Of a stretch of DNA of 64,000 nt, positions 13,607 to 28,147 are shown piece after piece. The stretch covers positions 300,407 through 364,406 of the forward strand of contig NW_005434605.1 in the NCBI RefSeq assembly GCF_000315625.1. Direction: 5' to 3'. The notes beneath the pieces are model-generated. The model worked only from the letters and a program-made list of their open reading frames with translations. It was not told the DNA's origin and did no database searches. The position numbers were made by a program, and so were the translations under genes. How positions within the stretch are numbered: the stretch's first letter is position 1; every line of letters begins with the position of its first letter. The DNA is from Guillardia theta CCMP2712 (taxonomy: Eukaryota; Protista; Cryptophyta).

Positions 13607-14070
13607 AGCCCAGCGGGTGCTCATCCAGCATACATGTGTAGCTTTATTCTTATCGGCTTCGTATGCACATACATTTACACAAGTCTCCCTGCTGGCTATC
13701 TCTACATGCTCTCCCCCTCTCACCGCCTCCCTGCTTCCTCGCTTGACCATCGCCCCCCCCTCCCCCCCCCCCCGTTTACACGTCCGGCCACGACATTATC
13801 ATCATCTGGGCTTCCGGCGAGCCAGCAGGGTCCCTCGCCTGCCCCTTGAGCCGCACAGCCGAGGCGCGCCTCCTGGCGTCGAGTATGCTCTCCATGCACG
13901 CGTCCGGGGAGAGGCAAGGGCGGGGCGAGGGGGCGGCCTGGAGGGAGAGGAAGAGCTGCTGGGAGGGGGAGAGCTTGAAGGCTTTACGAGGGGGGCAGGA
14001 GGCAGGAAGGTGGAGGCAGGAGGGAGGGGGGACGGAGACAGAGAAGGAGCGGGCCATGGCAGGCGAGAGA
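13607..14070 (+). repeat. Dispersed repeat block B, copy 1
   Basis: Near-identical to 16406-16890, from gcccagcgggtgctcatccagcatacatgtgtagc to ggagacagagaaggagcgg. Confidence 0.95.
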
Positions 14071-14329
14071 GGTCGAGGGCGGAGGACTAGAGGATGAGGG
14101 CGGCAAGGAAGAAATCGGGGAAGGAGGGTGTAGTAAAGTATGTGTTCTTGAAAGGGTGTTTTTTCAGATAACCGGCTGTCAACGTAAGGGCGGAGTGAGG
14201 GGGAGTAGGGGGGGGGGTTAAAGGGGGTGGCTGAGAGGGCGTATAAAGGGTGGGTGGCGGAAGGCAACAAACATTGGGCCGGAAATAGGAGCACGGACTC
14301 GCTGACAGCCGGAACCAGTACAAACACTT

Positions 14330-15924
14330 AATTCCTCGTACTGTAAATCTAGCTTAACGTTGATTCCGAGCCCGCCTCGGTGAGCCAGCAGTGCGGTGCT
14401 CCGGAAAAAATCGGAGAAATCAAACTTACTTGCTAGATCTTTACTCAAAGTTAAGTTAAAGATCAGTACGAGGACAATCAGGAGAGTCAATTTGGCAGAT
14501 GCTGCACTTGGACCTCTGAGGCGGGTGTGTAAGTTAGTAGTGTAGGTCGGATTCCACTCTTGTCCGCCGATTTGGCAGCAGGAATGAATCTCCCCCCTCT
14601 GGTGTATTCCTCGAGGAAAGCGCCCGACGGGATTCCCAGCGCAATCGGCTTCAAGATGTCAATGTATCGCAGGTGTCTTGTCAAGCAGCGAGACCGGTTC
14701 ATCGGCGATGGCATCTCCAATCTGAGCGCTCAGTATTTGCCTTGAGGAGCCTACTGCGTCCAGGATGATGGGAGGAATGGGGTCCAGTCTTGTCGGAAAT
14801 TTCTCACGAGTTTGCTGCCATAGGTGCTCGAATGGTCTGGAGAGAGGCCATGGCCTACAAGCGCCTGACTAGCTTTCTTCACTTCATTTCCCTATTTTGG
14901 TAGTGCTCAACATCCGAAAAGATGGTCTTGTTCTCCAACTTCTTCCCCTCCATGACTGGCTGCATTACCCGCTCACTCAGGCTCTCATGGTCAGTTCCTT
15001 GTGAGCGGCCTGCACTGTGTCCATTAGGTTGTTGGCGTTTACCTTGCGATGCCCGCTGTCTCGTAACTCGCCCCGTCCCAGTTGATCCTGCCCTTGACTG
15101 CTGCATGACATCCTGCTGACCTCTGCTATTTCCATCCGCTTGGCCATCTTGTTCAAAAGAAACACCCTAGCTCACCTCTCGGTTTTGTCGCGAGATTGCA
15201 AGGACTGGTTTCAGTGGGAGACAATGCCACAAGCTCCGGATAATCTTCGCTTCCTCGCAATGCAGGTCCGGGTAGCCGTGCAGCAGGTCTAGCGTAAACT
15301 GTAGTTGTAATGGAGGGATTGCGAGCCAGCAGTTCCGGAAGTTTATGTGGACCCTGTTGAGCAAAGAGGGGGAGAGCTCTGTTCCAATTCGATGTACCAC
15401 AAGGCATGTCTTGTGGACGCAGGTTGTCAAAGAGGGCTGCGCGGAAATCCGCACTAGGGTCCTCCGGGAAAAGATATGCCGGTTGAGGAGGGGGTGTGGG
15501 ACTCTGATTGACTGTAGGCTGATCGATGGGTGTCCTCTGGGAGGTGGGTCGATGAAATCTTGCCTGCTTCCGAGGTCTTTGGTTCCCCGAACCTCCTGCC
15601 GACCTACCCGAGGAGGCAATGCCATCCTGCGGAGGAGAAGCTGCAGAGAGAGATTGTCCCCCCAGCATGTCAGGGGCTAGAAGAGTTTCCTGCTGTGACT
15701 CCGAGTCAGAGGAGCCTCTCGAGACTCAAGGCCTGTGTGAGGATAGTGGGACGACGAGCCCGGCGTGCCAGTCAGTAGAGGATCAACAACAGAACTGTGA
15801 CGACGGAGGAAAGCAGTTCGTTTGTGCCGCGCCATGCTGCCTCACAGTGACGATGGAAGTGAGAGCGGATCTTCACGCATCCCTTGTTGCTGTTCCCTCG
15901 CTCTTGCCGCTACCACCGACATGA
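14330..15924 (-). pseudogene. Spliced-looking, partly disrupted hypothetical gene inside the repeat island
   Basis: ORF pieces 15153-15668, 15167-15625, 14879-15106 and 14487-14720 are separated by plausible GT-AG introns. No continuous frame or family was recognised. Confidence 0.3.
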
Positions 15925-16375
15925 AAATGGCGAGTAGGCGCATTTTTCCTTACATGCCATTTAACTCAAACAGCCTGTCAGTCACTCGGACTAGCTAGTG
16001 CAACGTGATAGGAGAATGTTGAAAGGAATCCTCCGACAGGATTTCAATTCTCTATTGAGCAACTGTAATCCCACCCTCCAAAAGTTTTTACGTGGATCCC
16101 CCCAGCCTTGACTGCTGCTCAGTGTAAGCGCTTTGACTTCGCGGACCTCCGTCTTCTTGCGAAGGTGTTTCAGTGGCCACGTTTGTTTGACCTCCTACCC
16201 GCCCCTGGCAACCCTCAGTTTACCTACTTCAAACGTCAGTTGCCTTATAGTGATGGAAGGGATGGGTTCACCCCGCAGGATCCAGCATTGGATGTTACCT
16301 ACACCGCCACTCTTCCACCGGGTCAATGCGGACGCGGCAGATGTTGTCCCCATGCTGGCTGCCTTCTTGGACACT

Positions 16376-16890
16376 CACAGGCACTTGATGGAGCAGGGAA
16401 TCTCGGCCCAGCGGGTGCTCATCCAGCATACATGTGTAGCTTTATTCTTATCGGCTTCGTATGTACATACATTTACACAAGTCTCCCTGCTGGCTATCTC
16501 TACATGCTCCCTCTCACCGCCTCCCTGCTTCCTCGCTTGAGCATCGCCTCCCCCCTACACGTCCGGCCACGACATTATCATCATCTGGGCGGCCTGGGCG
16601 ACGTCGTGGAGGACGGGCTGCGAGCCATGGAGGACGACCCCGGCGAGCCAGCAGGGTCCCTCGCCTGCCCCTTGAGCCGCACAGCCGAGGCGCGCCTCCT
16701 GGCGTCGAGTATGCTCTCCATGCACGCGTCCGGGGAGAGGCAAGGGCGGGGCGAGGGGGCGGCCTGGAGGGAGAGGAAGAGCTGCTGGGAGGGGGAGAGC
16801 TTGAAGGCTTTACGAGGGGGGCAGGAGGCAGGAAGGTGGAGGCAGGAGGGAGGGGGGACGGAGACAGAGAAGGAGCGGGGCATGGCAGGC
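16376..16890 (+). repeat. Dispersed repeat block B, copy 2
   Basis: Direct repeat of 13473-13500 plus 13607-14070, with an extra ggcctgggcgacgtcgtggaggacgggctgcgagccatggaggacgacc segment. Confidence 0.95.
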
Positions 16891-17460
16891 GGGGGAGGGA
16901 AGGGAGAAGGAAGAGGTGGGTTATAAGAGGTAGCATGTCCAGGAGTGTGAGGGTGTAGTAAAGCGGTAAAGCTGGTTCAATTGCGCTATTTCCGGCTCCT
17001 TCCCTCAGGCCATATCTGCCCCGACATGCCTCATAAGAGACACAAGCCCGCCTCGTGCCGTCAAAGATGACCACCGTAGATTTTTTAATTAACTTTGAGT
17101 AAAACTCAGGGTCAAGTTGACGTTTGACTCGTGCGCAGCCCTTGCTCAGGATCCGAGGGCAGATGGAACGAAGCTTACAGGGCGTGGAAGCGCCTGGCAC
17201 CGTACCAAGCCAGTCACCTGTATGTCGCCTATCGCTCGGGTGATAGCAGCGAGTCGCCATAAGGCCATAAGGCCGCGCCGGGAAGCGCGATCCTTGACAT
17301 CATCAACCGGGTCCCTAGTCGTGCCCTCTCTTGTACTCACCGCCATCTCCGATCGTCACCATGCTGCATATGGTGACAGCACAGGAGAGCGGAAGCCTTG
17401 TCTATCTGCGTGCCATGGGAGGGGAACAGCCCCTCCCTCCTCCATTCTTTCTCCAAGCCT

Positions 17461-17910
17461 GATCCAGCATACGTTAGCTTTATTGTAATCACTTCATATA
17501 CATATACATGTACACACACTTCCAGCTTGCTGGTCGGTGGAGGACGGGCTGCGAGCCATGGAGAATGATAGGACGTGTTTACTGACTTTTTGTCTTCCTT
17601 AAATAGTATCGTTTCTGATGAATTTAGATTACTAAGTAGCTTTCCTTCATATTCTACCACCGTCAAATTCGATTCAATGATTAATAAAGCAGCGTTGGAC
17701 TGTGCATTGTTTTCGCACACTTGCCCTTTGGTTTCTTGTCGAGATCACTTCGTGTGAAGTTTTCCTGAAAGAGGACGAGTCCCGCGCCTGCTCGCCATGC
17801 ACGGGTCGGCAGGGGGCTGGGCGTGGAGGGAGAGGAAGACTCTGCTTGGAGGGGAAGAGCTTGAAGGCCGAAGTTTGCGAGGGGGGCGGGAGGAGGGAGG
17901 GGGGCAGGGA
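17461..17910 (+). repeat. Rearranged third copy: degenerate B start + block A + degenerate B end
   Basis: atccagcatac..agctttatt and gtggaggacgggctgcgagccatggag (B), then block A, then ccatgcacg..ggagggagaggaaga..gagcttgaaggc (B). Confidence 0.8.
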
Positions 17911-19077
17911 CGGAACATTGCGTCGAGTGAGGCAGGAAATGTTCCGGGGCAGGCCCGCCTACTTGACCTTTTTTTCCGTGTCGGAGAAGAAGACTCTGCA
18001 AGTACCCCACCCCCCTGTGGGCTTCAGAGCACCTTTCATCTCCGCAGGTACCCCCTCTCTTACCTTCTTTCCCGCAGGTCAGGACCGGTCCTGTGAACTT
18101 TGTTCCTTACTCCGCCTCATTAATAGGGGGGTGGAGTGTGGATACAGTGCTGGACCCACCCCACCCCTCTGTCTCTGGTGCCTACCCCTGGTCAACAGGC
18201 ATGAAAGGGGGTCTGAGGTTCTGTGTAAATGGTTGGGTCCATGGTCCATGGGAGGTTAAAGTATGCTTATCGGGGAAGAGAGGAGGGAGGAGGGAGGAAG
18301 GAATGGAAGAAGGAAAGACATGACAAGGGAGTGATTGATGCAGTGAGGTAGGAAGTGAGGGAGTGGTGGACAGAGTGAGGGAGTGAGGGAGTGAGGGAGT
18401 GAGGGAAAGAGTGGCAGGGAGAGGGAACAAGAAGGCAGAAGCAAAGAGAAAGATGGGAGGGAGAGGAGGTAGAGAGGGAGGGACTAAGAAAGAGGGAGAG
18501 GAGGTCGAGTGGAAAAGAGGAAGGGAGAGGAGGTAGAAAGAAATAAGTAGAAAAGAAGGTATGCAGCAGTTGAAGATGCGGGAGCTGGCAGGGGAGCAGG
18601 CCCGGTGAGGGACAAAGTAACGGTCACCCAGGGAGGGGTAGGTGCAGGGATAAGAAGAGTGACCAGCTGTGGCCTGGTTGGCCGTAACAAAGGTGTAGGA
18701 ATGCAGAACTGCAATAAGTGCGATCCATTTGAGCGATCAACTTGGTTCGCATACTGCTAGTCATCCTTGGAAGTCTCGATTCATCCTCGCTGACAACTCA
18801 TGTACAGTGCGCTATGGCTTCTTGAGCCTAAATGCCGTTTACCTTCAGTCCGAGGCCTCATGTCAACTACAGATTATGTCTCGATGTGCAGCGAACAAGT
18901 CACGAATGACTGATAAATCTCCCTCACACATGTTGAAATCCGGTGCTGCTTACATGGTAGCATTTGTGCGATGATCGCAGAGAGATGGTAACTAGATCAT
19001 AAAAGCGACGAGGGTAGCAGAAGTCGGTTGCAAGTTTTTGACAGGAAAAGCCAGAAGACACATCTTGATTAGCAACC

Positions 19078-21687
19078 ATGTTTTGCTTTGGGAACAGAAA
19101 CAGGGACTTCGAAGAGAAGGTCCTTCTCATGACAAGCGACAAGTACAGGAGAACTACAATCCGCAAAGTATGCTTACCTTGATCATGTTTTAAATTGGGC
19201 GTGATTGTGAACTGATTTTCATCGTTATCCGATCCCTTGCTTTCGTCCCTGGATAGATTCAGAGGAGTCAGTACTACCTGCAGGTCAGTTGGGATGCTGC
19301 AACGAACTCTCCGTCACTCATTGATACCTCGTCGCAGATCTGGACGACTTTGTCAGCTGTTGTCTCCTTGCTTCTCGGCATCACAGTGGCTGAGCTGTGC
19401 GGGGTCGGCAAGCCTTATTCCGACAGCATCGACACAACCAATATGACCGAGGAGGAATTGCTGGTCTTGGTGAGCACGAAGTGCACTTCGAGGGCCTCGA
19501 GCGTGAAGGCCCTTGTGGCTGTGGCCTCGGTGCTGCTGACCGGCCTCGTGATTCGATTCTATTCTCTGGAGCTCTCGCTGGTACATCTGAACAGCAACAA
19601 CTGGCGGGAGGAGAGGCCCAGGTTCTGGCAAGTCACCAAGTGGGCCATGCAAGGAGGCGTCCAGACCAAGAAGTTCCTTGAGCTCGTCATAGAGATCTTC
19701 CTCTGCATCATCAACCCTGTCCCCGGGCTCTCGTTCGAGTTCCTTGCGCAGTCTTACATCTTCAAGCAAGGTCAGATGGTGCTGAACTACCGCATCGAGA
19801 ACGTTATCGTCGTGTGCATGTGAGAGCATCCTGCGCACCGAGGCCCTCTGACCGCACCGCAGGTTCCCCAGGCTGTATCACTTATGGAGGATGTACCGGA
19901 TGTGGATGTTCTCCAAGTTCTTCAATCAAGAGTTCCTAAGGTATATGGACAACCCGACTCTGAACTCGTTCGCTACCATCGTGCCGTCCAGCACCTCCTT
20001 TGCCGTCAAGGTCAGCAGTGAAGTGGCAAGGTGGTGGGAGCTGAAAGTCGGACAACGCAGGTAGCGCTGGCGAGGCATCCGGTGCTTACCATGTCGTTTT
20101 CTCTCTTCGTCTTCCTCTGGGTTGCAACGTACCTTATGAGGCTCGCCGAAGCTCCGTTTCAGACGGACATCGCGGTGGGAAGAGGATGATGGGAATGCAC
20201 CTGCTGTAAGCTGATCGTCTCATGAGCAGGAAAACATCTGGAACCCGATGGTAACTGACTGAGCTCCTGCTGTTTGACAACTACTTGACACCATCCCTTT
20301 GCCGTCCCCCCCCCTCCCTTCTCTCCCAACAGTGGTTGGTAGTAGTGACTGTAAGTCTCCCGTTGGATCGATCGACTTGCACCTCATTCGCTCCCTCCAG
20401 TTGGCTACCGTCGGCTACGGCGACACGACCCCCGTCACTTACACAGGGAGGACGATCGCAGTCCTCGTCATGATGTTCGGAGCGTAAGGCTCTCCCCTCC
20501 TCAAGGTAGCGACTGTGACGATCACGCTCAGACTCTACGTGGCTGCGGTCACCGCGACCTTCTGCGAGCATATCTCGATGACGACTGTCGAAAGGGACCT
20601 GCTGATACAGGCGAGCGATCCTTCGGACCTGCTTCCTCTCCCGCTCCTCTCCCCCTCTGATCGCTCCCAGCTCCTGTCCTGCTGTTCCTCTGAAGAGCCT
20701 TCTCAGATCGACATGGAGCAATGGCAGTTCAAGCTCGCCTGCCTCGCTGCCGCTGTCATTCAGGTGCTCCAGTGCCCGCACGTGCGAGGGAGGGCTGAAG
20801 GGACCGAGCAGAATCGATGGAGGGGAAAAAAAGACAAGAGGCTGAGCTTTCAGTTCAAGGCGATGCAGAAGAGGGTGAGGAGCCTTCTGTGGTTCCGCAG
20901 TCATGAGACCGAAATCGCTGCAGTTCATCAAGTGGACGGAGGACGAGGAGGTAGAGGTAGAGCAGTACGTCATCAAGCGTGTGAGTTCCTCCCTTGCCTC
21001 GTCGTGCTGGGAGCCTGCTGAGGTTGGCCGCAGACATCCAAGAGCAAGGAGAATCCAGCTGGGGATGGAGGACAGCAAAGTGCGCTGATCACCGCAAGGT
21101 TTGACACCCTCGAGCACAAGGTGAAGAGCTGGGCTGCATCTCAACCCCGTCTGACGTGCCATGGGGCCTCCCTCAAGTTGACAACTTGTCAAGACGAGCA
21201 GCTCAAGTTCGCCAAGGAGCAGCAGGAGGTGTTTCACAACGTCGAGAGGTCACTCAAGCATCTCCACGCGCAGGTAACGGTCGTGTCCTGGCTGACTTCG
21301 CTCCCCTGCCCCCATCCCCCACCGAGCCGCTTCCTCCTCTCACCCTCGTCCTCGAAGATCCTTCAGATGTCTTCCAACATCAGAGGGGAGGCGCCTCCAG
21401 CCCATCCCGCCCAGGGCCCTCAGGTAGCAGCATGGAGCTTCACTCTCAGTGACTTGCCCCGCTCAGAACGGGGGAGGAAAGAGAGAGAGCTTCTCAACGT
21501 CCCTCAAGCTCCTCACCTCCAAGGAAAAGGATCTGGTGGAGAACATGGAGGCTCGAGTGGAGAAGGTACCGCAATGGCGCTCATGGCAGGGCGGAGGATG
21601 AGGAGGTGCGTGTTAGGTGCTCTTCAGCCCGACGGAGAGCAGGAGGAAGAAGATCAAAGTTCTCCATGAGGTCCATGCAGACCCCAT

Positions 21688-21770
<83 letters not shown>

Positions 21771-22913
21771 ACCACCACCACCGCCACCACCACTACCATC
21801 ACCACCACCACCACCTCCTCCTTCTCCCTCTTCCTTCACCTCCTCGTGACTTTCGCTCTGCAGTCGCTAGGCAAAAGCCTCGGCCTTCTCAAGTCCCTGA
21901 TGGAGCCCGGGGGAGCAGAGGAGGAAGCGGACCCGCCGGGGCCTCCGGCATACGAGCAGATCGCCAGCTCGTGGAGGTTACAAGCGTCCTCCTCCTCCTC
22001 CTCCTCCTCCTCCTCCTCCTCCTCCTCCTCCTCCTCCTCCTGAGCCCCTCATGCCGTCTCCCAGGAGCGGACTTTCGCGGAGCGTTCAGGAGGGAGGCAG
22101 GCAGGAGGTCTGCCACCCGCTCCTGCTCGGCTGTTGTGATTGTGATCCCCTCAGCTTCGAAGTCCCGGCAAAAGCTCTGCAGCTGAGCAGCAGCACAGAC
22201 AGAGCAGGAGGAGCGAGATCGTGTCCACCAACGCCTCCAACGAGTTCGAGGTGGAAGAGCGGCGGGGAAATCCTGGAGGAAGAGAGATTCAGCAGAGGAG
22301 GGAAAGAAGTGCAAATTGGAGAAGAGGGTGGGAGGGAAGGGGAGATGGAGAGGTGGGCAGACGGGCAGGATGAGCTGAGCAGGATAGAGGAGCAAGAGAT
22401 GAGGAGAGAGAGTAGAGAGGGGAGCGGAGAGGGGGGGAAGGGAGAGTGGAGCGAGAGCGGGGTGTAGGATGGGGAGTTGTAGGAGGGAAGGAGTGGAGCA
22501 TAGGCAGGAAACAGGTAGGAGCGGCAGATCTCACGCGCTAGCAGGCGGATCTCATCAAACGATTCAACGGCAGCAGCAACAGGCTGAGCGGGTCAGACCA
22601 GGAGACTAACCTCACCCCGCGGAGGATAAGCAGACGGGAGATCACAGCGGCAACGGTGAGGAGGGGGGTGGGGGGGAAGGAGGGGAGGAGGAGAGAGGGG
22701 GAACAAGGAGGCAAGGAGCTGACGAGTGACTCAACGCAGGGACGGAGCAGCGGTAGGAGCCAGGAGGGTGAGGAGAGGGGCGGCATGGCGGAGGGAGGAC
22801 GGAGGAGGACGGTGCGGCATTCAGGTCAGAGCAATGACGTCATTCTCGTGGATGGCGCAAAGCGCCCGAGCTATCGACTGGACCGCAGCACGTCAGCCCC
22901 GCAGTATGCCTAA
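19078..22913 (+). CDS. Small-conductance Ca2+-activated K+ channel-like protein (SK/KCNN-like, 6TM), multi-exon
   Basis: Selectivity filter LATVGYGDTTP (20401-20433). SK-like motifs EIFLCIINPVPG, MFPRLYHLWR and STSFAVK. The post-S6 AAAVIQ-NRWR resembles the calmodulin-binding helix. The start codon is uncertain. Confidence 0.85.
21690..21820. repeat. (CTCCTG)n and (CAC)n microsatellites, intronic
   Basis: Directly visible. Confidence 0.9.
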
Positions 22914-23045
22914 CGCTCTTCCAGTGTATTTGTAGCAGTAGTCGGAGCAGGAGCAGGAGCAGGAGGAGAGAGACGAGGAGGAGGAGGAGAGGGAGGAGGA
23001 GAGAAGAGGAGGATATGTAAAAGGAGAACTTGACGATTTTACTTG

Positions 23046-24348
23046 TCAAGGTCCCTTTACCCCTGCCAAGACGCTCTCGGCCTCTAGCATGGACGAGAGT
23101 TCTTTGACCTCCGATGAGTCGATCATAACCTGCCATGACACCTCGTCGATTCCCCAATGTACTCCTCCTCCTCCTCCTCCTCCTCCTCCTCCTCCTCCTA
23201 CTCCTTCCTCTCCCTCCTCCTCCAATACCACGCAACCACCAGCTCCTCCTCCTCCCCCTCCCCTTTCTCCTCCTCCTCCCGACCTGTAGCGTCCAAGCAG
23301 AAAGGTATGCCGTGAGGACAACTCGCTCTCTCCTTCTGTACACACGTCATGTTTCCTTTCCCCGAGCTCCAGCGCTCACGAGGGCATGTCGACCGCCATG
23401 GCGCACTTGAGCTTCAGGTCCTGCATGACAGTGAGCAGGAGCGGCTCCACGACGACCCCACCTCCTCGTGCTGCTCCACAACTGCTCGCATCCTACTGGG
23501 TGTCAGAGATGTAGCGAAGGAGAAGTCAAGCTACCTGTCAGCAATGGTGGGGAGGGAGCTGACGAGGAACAAGGGTCGTTCTCCTCCCTCCTCCTCCTCC
23601 TCCTCCTCCTCCTGAGACTCTCGACTTGCCATGCAGACGATGTCGTCCATGTCTGACATCACGAGCTGCATGCGAGCCTGCCGAACGATAAGTGGCGGGG
23701 GGGGGCGAGGACGGGAAGGAGGAGATAGAGGAGGATGAGGAAATAGAGAAGAAACGTTAGTGCACCACGATCAGTCCGAGGGCTGCCAGTTCCTGCGAGG
23801 AACAGAAGACTGAGCGGGAGATACAGTGCGATTGTTGTCATGATGACTATCCGCCTCCTCCTAGTCCTCCTCCTCCTCTCCTTCTCCTGATTATCATCAC
23901 CATCATCATCAGACCTGCTGGAGCATGTCGTTATGTGTGTAGATCTCGTTCCACATCTTCCCCTGCTCACGTCTCAGCCACCAGCAATCGCCATGCGCGG
24001 CTCGACCTCTATCCTCTCCATCAATGCCGGCACCTCGTCTCCTGCGAGCTTCTCCCATGACGTAGACAGATCAAGCCGCTCCAGTTCGAGGATGCTGTTC
24101 ACCAGTCCAGTAGCCACATGCCTTCAGCAGCTCGTCACCCTCGCTTCTGCCTCTCCCCTCCTCCTCCTCCTCCCCTCCCCCTCCCTTTTCCTCCCCTTCC
24201 CTTTTCCTTCCCTCCCCTCCGCTCCTCCTCACCTGCTTCGCTCAGATGCCTCCTCCCACTCGTGCACGTGTTCCTCTAATCTCTTGAAGACTGCCATCGT
24301 TCGCTTCCTCCACCTCCCCCATCCTCCTACGCTCCCTCCCTTGTCCAT
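23046..24348 (-). CDS. Helical protein, possibly C1orf109/AIRIM- or CINP-like, multi-exon
   Basis: Spliced pieces VFKRLEEHVHEWEEASERSR, LVNSILELERL, DLKLKCAM and VLTAYLSAWTLQ..IDE resemble the C1orf109-type YLSAW-x2-Q..ID C-terminus. Confidence 0.4.
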
Positions 24349-24711
24349 CTTATCTACTTCAGCCGCATCCTTCACTACCTACAGCCGCATCTTCCCAAAA
24401 GCCCCCAGGTGAAAAAAACTCCTCCCCCGATACCCCGACCGCCGCCGGCTCCCCTCCGTGCCTCCTCCTCCTCCTACCTGAAGCCTCGGTTCTTCTCCAG
24501 CCTTCTCCTCTCCCTCTTCATCCTCCCCCCGTCCTTCTCTCTAGTCAGTCTCAACTGAACATCGCTCTCCTTCCACGGCTTCTGTTCTTTCATAGCCGCA
24601 GGCTATCCCTCATCCTCCGCGATTCCTTCCTTCCTTCCTTCTCGCCCACCTGTCGTCTCCCCCACCCTCCATCTCCTCTTCCTCCTCTCGCCGCCAGCGA
24701 GTACATGGAGA

Positions 24712-26224
24712 ATGGCGGGGGGCGCGGGTCCATCGCGAGGCATGTCGGTGGGCCAGAAGCGGAAAGGGAAACAGGAGGAGGCCAAGGCAGCGCGGGACAG
24801 GATCATAGCTCCCCAGCTGACGAGGAGGGTGAAGGATCAGCTGCAGGAGCTCCGAGCGAGCCCCCTGTGGTGTGAGGAGGTGGAGGCTGGGAGGAAGACT
24901 CTCTGCTTCCCCTGCAAGGGCGGCACACAGCTCTACCCCAGCAGCGCAGGGCAGCTGGCAGGCAGCCTGGGAAGTTTGCTGCGCGCCATCGTCGGGCTGG
25001 ATGCGAACGTCTCTGCTGTAGCCATCGGCACCTCCCTGCCCCGCGGCGGCTCTACTCCCTCCTACGTCGCTGGGGTCGGAGGGGAGAGCGGGGGCCGGCT
25101 GCAGGTGGCAGGGGAGGCCTTCGACCTCAGCGACCGCCTGGTCAGCCTGACGAGTCAGACGGGGAGCTGCGGGGAGGTGGATTTCTGTCCTCCCTCCTCT
25201 TCGTGCCCCAGCTCCTTCATAGTCTCCTGGTTTGACAGCCAGCAGGGCCTTGAGCTCTGCCCTCCCCTGCCGCTGGTCCCCAAGGAAGGCGCTGACGCCT
25301 CCCCCCCCATGGAGGAGGCAGCAGGCAGCCTGCCTCCGCTCTTCTTCGGAACTTTCCAGCTGAGAGGAGAGGAGGCCTCTCGAGCTACTCAGCAGGCGAT
25401 GGAGCTGGGCTACCGCGCCATCGATACCGCATCCATCTACAGGAATGAGGAGGACATCGCCATGGGCCTCGCTGCGTCCGGCGTGAGGCGAGAGGATGTG
25501 TTCATAACCTCTAAGCTCGCTCCCAACGAGCAGGGCTACAGCAAGGCCATGTCGGCCCTGACCTCCTCCCTCCAGAGGCTCAACACCTCCTACCTTGACC
25601 TCTACCTCATCCACTGGCCGGGAGCAGCCAAGACGCCGTTGGAGTCTCCTGCGAACAAGCGGCTGCGGCTGGAGAGCTGGCAGGCTCTCGAGGATGCACT
25701 GAAACTCGGGATGATTCGAAGGGCGGGAGTGAGTAACTTCTGCGTCCGTCACCTGCAGGAGCTGCTCGCGTGCTCCGAGCTTGTTCCCTGCGTCAACCAG
25801 GTCGAGCTACACCCAGCTTGCTTCCAGGAGGAGCTCCTACGTTTCTGCGAGGCCCACAAGGTTCAGGTACAGGCATACTCTCCTCTTGGATCTCCCGCAG
25901 GCGTGCAGTCGCTGCTTTCTAATGCAGACGTGCTCCGAGCGTCAAAGGAGGAGGGGGTCTCAGCTGCCCAGGTTCTCATCCGATGGGCCATGCAGACCTG
26001 CGGCTCTGCAGTAGCCAGATCTTCGAACGAGCAGAGGCTGGCAGAGAACCTAGAGACGACTCAGGTATTCGAGCATGACGAGTCGGTTGGATCTGATTGC
26101 TTTCCTTCAGCTTCCAGAGCTCTCGGAGAGCAGCATGAACCTCTTGAATGCGATAACAAAGACTGACACCCAAGGGAACCGCCTCGTGACCAAATACTGC
26201 TGGGATCCCTCAGGAGTTGCATGA
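24712..26224 (+). CDS. Aldo/keto reductase with ~200-aa N-terminal extra domain
   Basis: [42 protein letters not shown] and QAYSPLG; the catalytic D/Y/K/H residues are present. One intron at ~26064-26110; C-terminus ends YCWDPSGVA*. Confidence 0.9.
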
Positions 26225-26310
26225 AATCGTGGGATTTCTGTCGTTTGCGTAGAGAGGAGATTTGGTCAGAAAGGTCGAGACTTCTTTCACTCATGAGTTG
26301 CTGCCCTAAT

Positions 26311-28147
<1,837 letters not shown>

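Noticed and set aside
17600-17720. TVVEYEGK resembling a SET-domain motif in repeat block A (minus strand)
   Set aside because: A single short motif with no NHSC or other SET elements, and frames are broken between the copies.
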